A stretch of DNA of 64,000 nucleotides from Saccostrea cucullata (Eukaryota): positions 186,001 to 250,000 of the forward strand of contig NW_026930709.1 of NCBI RefSeq assembly GCF_032062105.1, read 5' to 3'. Under the pieces are notes generated by a model that saw only the letters and a list, made by a program, of their open reading frames with translations, searched no databases and was not told where the DNA came from. The position numbers and the translations under genes are program-made. Positions within the stretch are counted from its first letter, which is position 1; every line of letters begins with the position of its first letter. Shown here piece by piece: positions 45,272-58,801 of this stretch.

Positions 45272-47839
45272 GGCCGTGTCACACTGTCACGATTTTTGCT
45301 ACGATTCCAGACGACTTACAAAAAACCATAAATCGCCGACAATCGTCACGCTAGCCTAGCATTTTTTGACAGAGGATGATTTTTTTTCAGTGTGTCACGA
45401 TACGACTACGATGTCCGCTCAACAATGTACGAGGCTTATACGATAACAGAACGAGTTTTGTCGAGTTATGTACGAACAAGGACGATCACATAGCGAACGC
45501 CATACGATCTTTACACGAATTTGTACGATAAGACACGATTTTAAACGAAGCTCTTACGAATACCTACGAGTCTGTACGATGCACACACGATATTCCCACG
45601 AACAGTGACGAGTTCTTACGACTATACTTGATTTGAGTATATATATATAGAGGGAAAGGGTTGCTTAATTTCGAAGTTGTATAATTATGGCAGTAGCTAC
45701 CGTGCGGAGGCTTCAACTGCTGCAATATTTGGGGGAACTTGATCAGAATATTGCAGAAAATGACGAGGCAATTGCCATTTATTACATAACGGGCGTCCAC
45801 AGAGGCAAAGAAGAAGATACTGGATAAGACCATGGATCACCAGACGGACTCAGTGTGGATATTTCGATCGCTTGATGAAAGAACTTGAAACGGAGGATGT
45901 ATTGTCATTCAAAAACTTTCTCACAGTAGAGCCAGACTTTCTCAGAGTAGAGCCAGGTATGTTTAGAGAGCTTGTAGACAGATTGAGTCCTAGATTACAA
46001 AAACAAGACACATGGTTCAGATAGGCTTTGAAACCTGGATTAAAGTTGGCCATTACACTTCGGCATTTAGCAACAGGAGAGTCTTACACAAGTCTGATGT
46101 ACGGATTTCGAGTTCCACATAATACGATTTCCTAGCTGGTTCGTGAAGTTTTGAAAGTATAGTAGCGGAATATGCTGATGAAGTAATTAAATGACCAACA
46201 ACTACAGATGAGTGGCAACAAATAGCTGAGCAGTTCAGAAATAGAAGGAACCTGGACCATGTCCTTGGTGCCTTGGATGGGAAACATATTGCTATAAAAT
46301 GCCCTCGAAACGGAGGATCACTTTATTACAACTACAAAGGGTTCCACCTCCTCATTCTTATGGGGCTTGTTGATGCTGATTATAAGTTCATCTGGGTTGA
46401 CGTAGGTGCAAATGGTTCTGCATCAGATGCTACAGTGTTTAACAACTCAGAATTAAAAGATGTCGTCGAAAATCATAATATTGGATTTCCAGAAGATGCC
46501 CCTCTACCAAATGATAACAGAATTTCATCGTGGGTGATGACGCCTTCCTTATCAGGACATGGCTTATGAAACCTTTCGCAAGAAAGACATTGACCAATGA
46601 GGAGCGTAACTCAGCAGAGCAAGGCGCGTTGTAGAAAATGCATTTGGATTACTTGCCAACAGATGGCAATGCCTCTTAGCTCCAATGCGTCAAGAACCAG
46701 AAACTTTTTCATCTATTGTATTAGCATGTTGCTGTCTTCATAATTTCATGCGAATGAGATTTCCAAATATCCAAAACGAAAATCTTGACCAGCAGGACTT
46801 AAATCATCACGTGGTTCCGCGAGCTTGGAGAGACTGTGCAAACCTTACAGACTTGAATAACGTTGGTGGATGTAATCGAGCAACTATAGCAGCGAAGACC
46901 CAGAGACTGTACCTGAAGCACTATTACAACTCACCTGCTAGGGCGGTTCCCTGGCAGAATGACATGATATAATGATTATGATTTTTAAGATTTGTATGTG
47001 TGTTCTGATGATTCTGCTGACGGCCGTTTTATTTAAATGTACCATATTGTAAATGAATAAATGAATCAGGATATTGTTTTAAATTTATTGTGTATCAATA
47101 AACGTGAAGCATTGGACAATGTTAATACTCATTCTCTGAACAAATTAGAAATAAAACACAAACTTAAAATGCAAACACTCGTAATTACATATGTGTAAAG
47201 CCTGACAATCAACAACTGAATTACATGTACATTTACATGTAGATCAGTAACTTTAATGATAATCATTACAGTACAATGTACTTTGTAAAGAAAATAAAAA
47301 TAACATAAAACACCAATCATAACTTAAAATAATCCATACCGTGAATAAGGAGCAATCAGCAATCAGTCAACACGTACAATCGCACTTTTTCGCAGTTCAC
47401 TCGCACGGTACTTGTATTGCACTCGCCGTCAATCGCATGTGTTCGTATCATATTCGCATGAAATCGTAGGACATTCCTTTTGAGTCGAGAAACACTCGAA
47501 GAAACTCGTGGGACACTCGCGATAAATCGTAGGAAACTCGCAGAGTCGGAAGTTCTACGAATTTCTACGAGTGTCCCACGAACGTTGAAGATTTACAACG
47601 ATTATGTGTACGAGTGTATTGCGATTTCTGTACGATCGCTTACGGATAATTAAAAATCGTACCGTGGCCACGATTGTTTTGAACATGCTCAAAACAATCG
47701 CCGCGTTTGGCGATTTGCTACGATGAAACACGAGTTAAGAAGATATCCTACGACTATCTCTACGATGAACGCCGAATTACTGCGATTTTTTAACTCGTAC
47801 TCTATCGTAGCCAAAAATCGTGACAGTGTGACACGGGCT
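45272..47839 (+). mobile_element. PIF/Harbinger DNA transposon (defective)
   Basis: ~33-bp TIRs ccgtgtcacactgtcacgattttt(g)gctacgat; probable TAA TSD; dense subterminal tacga/tcgta repeats. Confidence 0.88.
45687..46972 (+). pseudogene. HARBI1-like DDE transposase, disrupted by stops and frameshifts
   Basis: Fragments [86 protein letters not shown] and CCCLHNF lie in different frames. Confidence 0.9.
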
Positions 47840-48158
47840 TAACCTTGCGTATGTCCTTAAAATGCTTTACGACGGTTCAACATTTGCTCTTATATGATGT
47901 CATACGACGTAGGTTCTACGTTAAAAAATGAATATTATTAATGCTAAATAAAATGTGTAAAGAAATGTTGGATAAACATTTTTATTTTAAAAATTATTTA
48001 TGAAAATAAAACACATTATTTGTGAATATATGATGCATTCATTAACAGCAAATTTTTAACTCCAAAGCATCTTATAAAAATGCAAATAAAAGTTTTTTTT
48101 GTTCATTTTCTCTTAAAAAAAATGCAAAAACAGATCATTTAAAATAATCAAGAGCTAA

Positions 48159-48233
48159 TATCGGACTTTCATTGATGAAACCAGAACTTGATACTAAGTA
48201 TCAAGTTCTGGTTTCATCAATGAAAGTCCGATA
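48159..48233. repeat. Perfect palindrome, 37-bp arms with a 1-nt loop
   Basis: tatcggactttcattgatgaaaccagaacttgatact-a-agtatcaagttctggtttcatcaatgaaagtccgata. Confidence 0.95.
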
Positions 48234-48440
48234 GTAGTGATTTCCCAAAGATCTATAAAATAAAATTTTGGCTTGGCATTCCTTCTTTTAAAAAATCGAA
48301 CTGAAATATTGAGCTCCCCTTTTTATGGTTACATTATATGAACGATTTTCTGTTACAATAATGGCGTAGTAACAAGTTATCAGGTTAATTTAATGTGCAC
48401 AATTTTTGGACCCCTAATATTAAAGAGATGCCACTTGTTT

Positions 48441-48875
48441 GTGGGACGTGGAGACCGGTCCTTCAGATGAGACCGTGTAAACCGAAGCCCCTTGTCAAAG
48501 TGGGTCCTCCTTCGACACGGGACCTCGGTTTATAGTAAAGCGCTTTCTCCGGTAGAATCTATCCTGGCTATCTCCTCAGAAGTGCTGGTCATTGCAGCGG
48601 AAAGCTTCCACTTTTGTGACCAAAATATACATAAGATTTAATAAATCAATTTTTTGGGTGTTGCTGTGGGCTCCTACCCTGCCCCAAAAATGTTCGGGTT
48701 CCCCTTCTAAGATTCCTGGATCTGCCACTGCTATGATAAAACTTAAAGCAAAATTATTAATCTTGACTTGAGTCTAAAACTGCTTCATAATCCCCGGGGC
48801 CTGAAATGTTGAAAGCTACTTAGGAAGATGTGTAAAGGAAGTTGATTGATTGATCGAAAGTTGTTTAACGTCCCT

Positions 48876-48910
<35 letters not shown>

Positions 48911-48925
48911 CTTGCCGGTGGAGAG
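48441..48925. mobile_element. Fragments of the Deu/Nin SINE in both orientations
   Basis: gtgggacgtggagaccggtccttcagatgagaccgtgtaaaccga (+); acacgggacctcggtttat (-); tail gtttaacgtccctctcgagaatttttcactcatatggagacgtcacc (-). Confidence 0.65.
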
Positions 48926-51026
48926 TGCTCGTGCTCTAATCATTGCGCCACGCGGACGACCTGCATAGAAAGGAAGAATAACATTTAGTGATCTGCACTG
49001 GTAAATAGACAGGGAAAGTTTGAACAGTTTATTGGATGATGCAACCTGTGAAGAGCCAAACCAACACTTTGACGAATCACCACTAAAGCTCAGTGAGGTA
49101 TAACAAACAAAATAAAGAATTCCAAGTCAAAGCAATCAGAGACGAGGCCAAATGGAGTGCCAAATAAAGTTTAAAAATCTCTCAAAGGTTGTCAGGTAAA
49201 GACGTCCATGGAAGCTGATGACAGTTGTGTGGACTCTGGGGAAGAAGCCTATTAGCAGATAGCTAAAGAACTTTTATTCCTAACGAGGCCAAACTTTAGA
49301 ACAATTTCATTTCGAATCCCTTATGATATCTGTATGTTGTCCCATGAACTTCAGTTATTAAAAGAATTAAAAGCCATTTGATTATGCATTCAAAACACGC
49401 AATGTTATTGATTCCAAAAGTAAACCACGATGTAGATTATCCTTTGAAAAATTTTAAAAAGTATAATCTTTTGCCACCTTTTATCTCTTGGTGACGACCC
49501 AGCAATGTTGTTATCCAACATATATCCCAAAAGAAATCGACAATTCAGCAAAATAACGGGTTGATATCACAGAACCCATGAAAAATCTTTATATGGCCTT
49601 CTCAAAATGGCAGGGACCAAATTGTTATTGATTCTCAGCCCCCCCCCCCCCCCTTCCTTCCCCGATAATATCAGACGGAAACTCCCTTCTTAACTTTTTT
49701 TCGGACAGAAACTAATGATAAAAATAATAGTAATGGAATTAAAAATTCTTAACTACTCAACTATAAACATTTATTGATAACTATAGAAACGATAGCTTGC
49801 TATATCGAAGGAAAATCAAGTATTCAAAAAAGAGGGGGTAGAGAATTTAGTTATATTAATTTCACTTTCTGTACTTTTATACAGTTGCATGCCCATATTT
49901 CTGTAGCTTCTGTAAAATTAAATGCGCCGTGACCTTAAAGCTTTAAATGGAACAATTAAAAAGGAATTCTGTCGTAAGGAATTCAGCAGTAAAATAGGGG
50001 GATCGGGTGTTAAAAAATCAAAACAACCTATTATTCTGTATGGCTACGAGATGGAAAAAACGTAGATTCGTAGATTCTCGGTCTTTATAGATCACGAAAA
50101 ATACCACTCTTTTTTTTTTTACCGATGGCTATTTTATGAAGTCCTTGAATTTCGCAAAAATAAAATGTGATGAAAAAGTAAAACAATCCGGGGACCAGAA
50201 CCTACCAAGGACTCGAAAGCATTGTGTGTTGTAATTTGATCGTCTATTTCTGCTTACAAATATCAGCAAAGCATCCCCATTTTTACATTGCTCTTACTAT
50301 AGATGAATTAACACGGGTATCAATTACGAATCGTACGACTAAAACTGGTCTGATTTTACTGGGTGTATGGTAAGAAGTGGTTTAATCCGCAGGCGATCCC
50401 CGTGGTCTTCGTTGTTTGTCAACATGGTCAAATCCATTCAAAACCTCGTTATTGTGAACAAAGCTCAGAGGGGTAAAAATTAATCCGTCCTTGATTCGAC
50501 AAATGCCACTTTCTTAAAACATTCAGAGGTAAGATATAGTCAATGTGCGAGACCCTCTCTGGTGTTGGAAAACGTGTAATCTAATCTATGGCAGTGCATT
50601 TGCACAATTTAATAATGTACTTTTTTTTGTGGAAGTTGAATGATGTTTTAATTAATTAATTAACAGCATAAAAAATGACCACATTTTGATTTGTTGTTGT
50701 CTTTGTTGTTGTAAGTTTCTTGAAAAAAAAAGCCATTCATTTTTGATAAAATAAGAAAATTGATCTCACTCGTGTTCGATCTTCTTCGTTACGTCCCAAA
50801 GGCGGAGCTGTGTTTGGATAGTACACAATAAGTAACCAATGTAAACACTTTGAAAATCATTGTCTGAAGCCGTTCTTGTGTAAATTCTTATTTTCTCAAA
50901 TATTGATGTAACTTTTACATAGTGATAATTTTTGTGCAGTACCTTGTCAATATATTGTCCGTAACTCTTTTTATTGATATTTTTCTTTTCTTTTTGAAAG
51001 ATTGTGCGAGTATATAAATATACACG

Positions 51027-54000
51027 ATGGAAGAACATCGAAGATTCTCCTGCATGACCGAAAACGGTAAGTGTCCTACTCATATACTAAAAATCCTAAT
51101 AAAATTTATCATGTGAATAACGATTTTAAAGTTTGCAATTGAAAGAAAATATGAAGTAAAAAGTTATCGGAAATCCGAAACCCATCTCTTTTAGCAATGG
51201 TATGATTTTGAATAATAGAGTGTAAAATCTGAAGATTTTTTTTTTGCGTTGCTAATAATATAAGATGTTAATAGCATAATTTAATGTGTTGTTATAAATG
51301 TGTGTTTGAATGTATTTGGTTTAATCACCAAACATAAAAAAACTTATATGCTACCAACTTTTTCCATCTCCCAACGAAGATGGAGGGAATATAGAAATTA
51401 GAAACACCCTTGTGCATTTGTGTGTGTTTTAGTGTGTTTCTGTGCGAAACGGCGTTTTTGCATCGGGATCGATGTTGAATGTTCTCTTGATTTTTTTTTG
51501 AGGGGATGCTCCGCTTTACGGTGTCTTTTTCGTTTCAAACCTATCCACGGGTTGTCTTTTTGGCTGACATCGGCTCACTGCGGGTGTAAACCATCGACAC
51601 CAGATGCTTACTATTTGAACAGTCACTGTCTTCATATAGGGTTTCGATTCCACTTTTGGAATTTCCGGGGGTCCATGGTTTATGCCTTGTTAGTAAATTG
51701 TACTATATACAATTTTAAGCCCTTGTCTTCTTGGGGCCCTCTAAGCATGTTCAATTATTATACAAATAAAATTTGGTGAAAATCGTACAACAAAAAATGA
51801 AAAGAATTTTAAATAGATTAATCCAATTAAACCAACGTGACCCAAAGTCTGAATATTGTGACATTCATAATTCGACAATTGAAAAAAAAGCAATAGCGAG
51901 CAAATAGAAAAAAACAAGCATGTTTTTAAGAAAACAGAATATTTGCGTAATCCGAAGTTTACATATCAAAGATTAAGATTATGACAATTAAAACAAATAA
52001 AAAATTAGCATTACGTCACAGGTTTAAGAACAGAAAGAATAAGAACCCGGGGTGTCATAGAAAAAGTCAGAGAGGCTCATAACATGTTATTGTGTGTGCA
52101 TAAGATCAGAATCAATATAAAGAGGGCATTCTTAAGAATTAGCGTCGCCAATGACAGGGGTTTTGAAAGTATCCTCCTTAGGGCAATATGGGGATTGTTT
52201 GCGTTACTCGTGTGTTTGCAAACATTTTGGTAATCTCACCAATAACATAAATAATCGGCGTGACCTTTTGTGTTTGAGACTGAAATTGTTCAGGGTGTAA
52301 AAAATAGAAAGGGAGGGTTAGGGAATGCTATATAAATTGAATCCAGTGTAGTTTTATCTTAGACGCAGTGATTACTGTTTGATAAATGCGAAAGAAGGGA
52401 TAACCTGTAATAGAAATCACGTTCTGGTATGTTTTATGTTCTTGACCTTTTAATCACAGAGGGATAATTTGTCATGTAACAATTCGGTCTGATTTGTTTA
52501 CTTTCCTATACATGTATATATATATATTTTTTATAGATTTCTAGTAAAAACTAATTAATATGTTCAGTTGTCTTGGAATTGTAAAAAAATATCTTCTCCG
52601 TATTTGCAATTCAGATTTGTGTTTCTTGGAATGTATGATAATTTCCACATGGAGTAAATCGGTTTATGGACTTAAAAATGAATATAAACTTAGTTTTCCG
52701 GAATGTTTCCCGTATTTATTATTTAATTTTTGTATTCAGAACGTGACCTATATATGTATGAGTAGGCGTATAACAGCTCATCCGGCTTCTTTCGTAATGA
52801 AAACATGATGAGGCAGCCTATTGTCACACATATACGGATAATCAGATGTTGGTTCACCGACACTATGACATAAATTACTTGTAATATGTTGTTATATTGT
52901 CAATGAATAAAATTCTTTCAAAGGCCTTGTGAGAAATTCAACCCATGTAATTGGTTCAAAATAAACTAGTTTATGTAGAATTACAATATTATATTCAAAA
53001 GTAAGTACATGTACAATTATATAGTATGTCAATCCTGACACAATCAATGATTCATACTATACGTTTTTGTCAAGTTTATTCTTTGCCTTGGTCACTCAAA
53101 ATGTCCGTCATATTTTTGTGTAATTTGCCAACAGAAAACATTTAACAATATCATATTACTTTTTTTCAGAACACGACCTGTACGAAATAAAAAGGAAAAT
53201 GAAGTCAATGACCAAAAGTTCATCGACAGATACAATCATCAACAACGAGTCATCGCCGACACAGAGAAAATCCGGCCTCATTAGTAGGATGAAAAAGAGG
53301 CTTGCAATGAACTCCTCTAGCCTCAACAGTGTTCAATCATCATCCTCCATTGGAAGCGGAATGGATAATCTCAGCGCATCACCATACGAAAACTATCTGG
53401 ATTTATCCTCTGATAGCTCCAGCGAAGAAGAGGAAGAAGATTGTCACGTGACAGAAAATCCAGATGGTCACGTGAACGCAATCTTCACATTCGATAATGA
53501 TTCTTATCCTCGTGCTGCTTTAATGAAAATTTTCGGATGTGAAGGTAAGCAGAAAGGCTGTTTCAAAGATGCCACGGATGTGCAGAGTTTGGGCAGGGGA
53601 AAGTGTATAGTAACAGACATGATCAATGGACGAATTTCGACCTTCAACCGAGAAGGTAGACCAAAAATCATAAGGTGTAGTTGGGCATTAAGAGAACCAT
53701 GGTCCTCAGCCATAATCTCAGAAAATAAAATCGCCGTCACATCTAGAAAAGACAAAAATGTATCAGTCATTTCAATGCATGGAGATATTCTGTTCTCTTT
53801 TGGAGGTAACTTTTTTCAGTGCCCTTCTGGTGTAGCGGTAGACAAAATTGGTCGGTTCATAGTAACGGATGCGTTATCTAATGACGTGTCGGTTTTTTCT
53901 CCGGAGGGAAAATGGTTGTTTAATCTTGGAGACCCATTGTCACCCATTCAGCAGTTCCAATCTCCCCGCTATGTACATATCAGCATCAATGGCGACATAA

Positions 54001-54350
54001 TTGTGTCTGATTCTGGAAATCATTGCGTCAAAGTCTTTAATGAACATGGTAACTTCAAATTCGCATTTGGACAATTTGGCCGTCAGGAGGGAGCGTTTAA
54101 GTCTCCTCATGGCGTGACGTCAGACGGAGAAGGAAACATCATCGTGGCGGATCATTACAACGACCGTGTGGCATTATTCTCAAAGAGAGGGGAATTCCTC
54201 AGAAACATTGTTTCAGCAGAAGACGGGTTGTTGCATCCACAGGGTGTGGCGCTGTCTGGTGATATGCATTTGTTTGTCACACATGGAAAAATGAAAGCTA
54301 CAGAAGTTATAGTTTATTCATTTAATGATAATCATCTTGAAATTGTGTGA
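51027..54350 (+). CDS. NHL-repeat beta-propeller protein (TRIM2/3/71-like NHL domain, no RING or B-box seen); coding exons 51027-51066 and 53170-54350
   Basis: 383-aa open exon with NHL repeats (FQCPSGVAVDKIGRFIVTD, FQSPRYVHISINGDIIVSDSGNHCVKVF, FKSPHGVTSDGEGNIIVADHYNDRVALF). Upstream ATG exon ending acg/gtaagt splices in frame to ttttcag/aacac. Confidence 0.85.
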
Positions 54351-55599
54351 ATTTTGAGCATTTTTCATTATGTTTAATACCAAATTACATGTTGAAAATT
54401 TATCCCTGTGACTAGATAGTTTAATGATTCATGTATGTCTGCATAAACAAAAGATTATACTTAGACTGTAGTGTTCTCATTGACATGTTATCAATCAACT
54501 TGGAAAAGTAAACAGCACTCTTCATGAAATCTTGGTTTCGTCATGCCAATGTTATTTTAGTGTTTAAGATTTGTTGAATCTGATATTCTAGTCAAATCAT
54601 GCTTACGTACAGTGTACTAATATGTGAATCTGATGCATTCATTAGCACAAGAGATGCCTACATTGTAGCTCTAAATGTATTTTTCGTATCCTGGCAAGAG
54701 AAACGATATTGTTTAAAAATTTGCCAAGTTTTTGTATAAAATTGAACATGAAATGTTTATATGCTTGTGTGTGGGTATTTTTTTCAGTATACATGTAATA
54801 AACTGTGGAAAGTATGAAAGTAAAAGAATATTACATGAAGCATATTTTTTGTTTTAATCTGAATTTTGGAATTTTTTTTTTTTTGTAAAATAAGATTTTA
54901 TATGATCTTCTCATGGAGAAATATTAATTCCAAAATCTTACATTACTGCATACCTACAGGACACTTAAATACTTATATGCGAGCCACCTTTTTGCATATC
55001 TACATGACACCACAAATCGTATTTCAAAGGGTGATTCTGCTACTGCCTAAAGTTTAGGAGGAGTTCTGGGAACACGTTGTTTATACATGTACCATGAAGA
55101 TGCCTATTATTGCCGCCATATTGACATCCCTTATGAAATAAATATTCGGAAATCATTTTGTTTTTTGTCAACAGGAAACCCTTGATCGGATTCAAAAAAA
55201 TATTTAGCGGGTATTTTTTAAAACTGTTGCTGAACGTTCCTCAAGAGAATTTTTCACACATATGGAGACGCCATCACATTCCGGTGGAGGGTAGCTACAG
55301 AACGTAGCTCTCAGATTAAGAAACTGCTGACACACACCAGAGAACTTTAGGTTCAATCATTGTACATAACAACTCTCTATTTACAACGACACTTTTTTTG
55401 TCGATGGCTTTGTCTAGGTGGAGGACTGCAAATTTAGACTTACACTCGACATTCAGAGCCGAATTTTTTCATGCCAGCACCTACTGAGATACAGATATGC
55501 TCTCCCTGTCCCACTGTGAGAAAAGTCTATGAAATCAAACAATACAAATCAGGAGTAGATCAAACATGGGCCTCTAAAACATCGTATCAACATAGGTTG

Positions 55600-56330
55600 G
55601 AAATTAACTAGTTAATTGAAAATTCGAAGGCCACAGCCACATGTTCCTTTTCATATTTGGGCAAACGGAAAAATCCGTAGATTTAAAATGGTCTATCAAT
55701 GATAAATTCAGTTGTATTTTCTGTGAAGGTTATTCTGTCGACCATATAACTTGCGAAATGATTGTTGGAAGACTGTTGAAACCCCTGATATTCATCAATT
55801 TTTTTGATGTCAACTTCCCTCCTTGTGTGTGCATCAGAATGTGTTTTAACAAAATAATTTTGCAAATGACCAGTGACCAGGTAAGTAAATTTACCAATTA
55901 CCATTTTTATTGAAAAAGCAGTGTAATGATGTGAAAAAGCCATTTTATAAGAAAATTGTGTATAACGTTAAAATTGCGAAAGAATAAATCCCCTACCCAG
56001 CAATTGCCCTAAACATTTGTGATTTCAAATTTTCCAAAAGTTCCTTGGAATTTTTAATATCAACATCTGATGAACACCACTTCTCGAATATATTGTTATA
56101 TAGTACTCCTGAAGTTTCTCCTTCACTACTGTTAATAGTTTTTTGGGAGGAGTTAAGAAAGAGTATTGGTAGAATATTCACTGGAAACCACTATGTTTCG
56201 TTGTTTGTAAGGATTTTTATGAAGTTTTGGAATCCAATATAGATATGGTAATTCAAATTCATTCTGGTTGTTAGGAATATGAAAAATATATTAACTGACA
56301 CATGATTTTGAAGAATTTCCTCCTTAGAAA
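55600..56330 (-). pseudogene. Decayed Penelope-like reverse transcriptase fragment
   Basis: Minus-strand remnants PYLYWIPKLHKNPYKQR, YLVTGHLQNYFVKTHSD and FQQS, typical of bivalve Penelope-like RTs. Confidence 0.6.
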
Positions 56331-57029
56331 GGAAACTATGAGTAAAAGTTGGATTAAGGTACTACGATACTCAGCCAGGAAGGACAACTCTTTAATTTAT
56401 AATTTAATTCAAAGAGTCTCAAATGAAGATTGAAAATTAAATCTTTTCATGCAAGAATTTTTATTTTATACCTCTCAATGTACTTCAAGGTTCTTTGAAG
56501 TTCTCAGAAAGGTCTTATAAAAAGTCAAAATTTTTACACCGTAAAATTATTTTAGAATTACATATTTAAAGAAATTGAGGTTCATTTTAATCTAACCATA
56601 GATACCAACGTTTATTAATATGATATGAAATTAGAAGTGATTAATTTACTTTAAGGAACCAGAGACATTTTTGTGAGCATTTTCAATAAGTCAACGTTAC
56701 CTGCTTTGTCAGCAGGGACCAGTAAGTACCCACTATGTATTCTATCTATTTCCTTTTTTCATTCTGAGTTACTGAAAACAGAAAGAAAAGTTAGTTTTTA
56801 TTATTATTTTCATTGAAAAATTATCTAAGTTCCACAAGTGGTATTCCAAACTTTACTCAAAGTCCCCATTCAAAGAATGATTTAAATTCTCCAACGTCAT
56901 CTTCCAGGAAATGTACTTGATTTTGAACTTGGCTTTCTTACAAACAAAATATATTGTAGGTCAAGTGAAAGTTCAATCAAGTCCATACCCTAACTCCCCG
57001 TCAAAATAAAAAGGACGTATTGTTCCACA

Positions 57030-57555
57030 ATACATGCAAGAAGTGTTGTAAATTCCACAACGTACTGATATACAAGAAGTGTTGTAAATTCCACATCGTA
57101 CTGATATACAAGAAGTGTTGTAAATTCCACACCGTACTAATATACAAGAAGTGTTGTAAATTCCACAACGTACTAATTAATATACAAGAAGTGTTGTACA
57201 TTCCACAACGTACTAATTAATATACAAGAAGTGTTGTTTATTCCACAACGGACTAATTAATATACAAGAAGTGTTGTAAATTCCACAACGCACTGATATA
57301 CAAGAAGTGTTGTAAATTCCACAACGCACTGATATACAAGAAGTGTTGTAAATTCCACAACATACTAATATACAAGAAGTGTTGTAAATTCCACAACCTA
57401 TTAATTAACATACAAGAAGTGTTGTAAATTCCACAACGTACTAATTAATATACAAGAACTGTTGTAAATTCCACAACATACTAATATACAAGAAGTGTTG
57501 TAAATTCCACACCGTACTAGTATGCAAGAAGTGTTGTAAATTCCACAACGTATGC
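57030..57555. repeat. Minisatellite, ~15 x 33-37 bp
   Basis: Unit tacaagaagtgttgtaaattccacaacgtact(g/aatta)ata. Confidence 0.92.
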
Positions 57556-57919
57556 AAAAAAGTGTAATAAATCATATGGGGATTAAAAGAAATCTCTCGG
57601 GCAATTTAAAATATCAGAAACTCTAAATTATCAGTATAATCAAAACATACAATTTTTCAATGCTATTTACAACCACTCCTCAGTAAAAATGGAAAAGCAG
57701 CTTTTTTGACATGACGTCTTTGACATCATAGACAACTTGTCCTCCTTTAAAACGAAACTCATTTCGAACTTTATGTCTTGTGATTTGTCATCTACAAAAT
57801 TTCTCTAAAAATCATTCTGATTCTACATAATCTGAAGAAAAAAATGTCCTCACTGAATATCTCTAAATATAAATGTATTTTTGGAGACCACTTCAGTCTT
57901 CCAGTAAATGGCGTTTAAC

Positions 57920-58460
57920 TACTAAGTTTGCTCCCTTTTAGCCGACGTGTTTCTTTATTTTGTGAAGCAAATTTTGTTCAAACACTTCGTCATGTAAAAA
58001 CCATTCACGGTAGCCTAGTGGTAGAGCGTTCGTTTCGTGATCGGGAGGCCCGGGTTCGATTCTCGTTCGCGTCAAAACTAAGACGTAAAAATAGGTAGTG
58101 ACTGTTCTTTCGCCAAGCGCTCGGCATCAGAAGTGAAAGTCACGGGTCTTTCGAATATGACCTTAAAAACGTAGGTCCCGTGTCACGATAGACGCTGGCA
58201 CGATAAAGAACCCTCACTGCTCAATGGCCCGAGTATAGGTCTAAATTTGAAGCCTTTCACCGGCATTCGGTGACGTCTCCATATGAGTGAAAAATGTTCG
58301 AGAGGGACGTTAAACAATATACAATTAATCAATCTTCATGTAAAAAAGGAAACTCTTGCTTTGGCCATCAACTCGACATTTAGATATGTTTCAACTATGA
58401 CAATTATTACTTTCATTTATACGTCAACCTTTATATCTCAGTGAACTGGAATTAGAGACA
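57920..58460 (+). pseudogene. Penelope-like RT fragment interrupted by a SINE
   Basis: LADVFLYFCEANFVQTL before the SINE and LALAINSTFRY after it. Confidence 0.5.
58001..58335 (+). mobile_element. Full-length tRNA-derived SINE (Meta-like plus Deu/Nin-like domains)
   Basis: A box tagcctagtggtagagcg; B box ggttcgattctc; (aatc)n tail; 11-bp TSD tcatgtaaaaa at 57990-58000 and 58336-58346. Confidence 0.8.
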
Positions 58461-58801
58461 CAAAAGCTTAGAAGATGCAAAAGCATAAAAAGAACATGGT
58501 ACGTATAATCGCGATCTGTACAATGGATTTGATTCACTTATAAGAAAGTTTTTGAAAACAGAATGATATTTGTTTGCCCTCCTGCATTCTTACTACCGGT
58601 ATGAAGATAACTAACAGTAATCAATCGAGAAAAATATATGAGTGAACTACATGTACTAGTATTCATATGAGTGAACTACATGTACTAAATTCATTTGCGG
58701 TTACTAGTAAGTAAATAAAAATCGTTGAAACAAATATATACCAATTTCACTAGAAAAATTGTGAACTATAACTGAAAATATAACCAGAAAAGTTTTGGAG
58801 A

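Larger units (their letters stand above)
44947..47856. mobile_element. Small TTAA-flanked Kolobok-type MITE (~340 bp) interrupted by the Harbinger element
   Basis: TTAA-ggtcatacacaacgt ... accttgcgtatgtcc-TTAA (12/15 TIR match). Confidence 0.6.

Noticed and set aside
49000-49330. Possible non-LTR retrotransposon RT remnant
   Set aside because: Only faint similarity (WKLM..VW...FIP); too degraded to support without a search.
53504-53770. Antisense ORFs over real exons (also 17495-17698, 39345-39545, 42818-43144, 63568-63924)
   Set aside because: Shadow frames of genes or transposase remnants on the opposite strand.
57030-57555. CRISPR-like array (repeats with internal dyad gttgt...acaac)
   Set aside because: The variable parts are only 6-10 nt and near-identical, there are no unique spacers or cas genes, and the context is eukaryotic. 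It is a minisatellite, and its Cys-rich ORFs are artefacts.
58008-58075. tRNA gene
   Set aside because: No complete cloverleaf or acceptor stem; it continues into a SINE body with tail and TSD.
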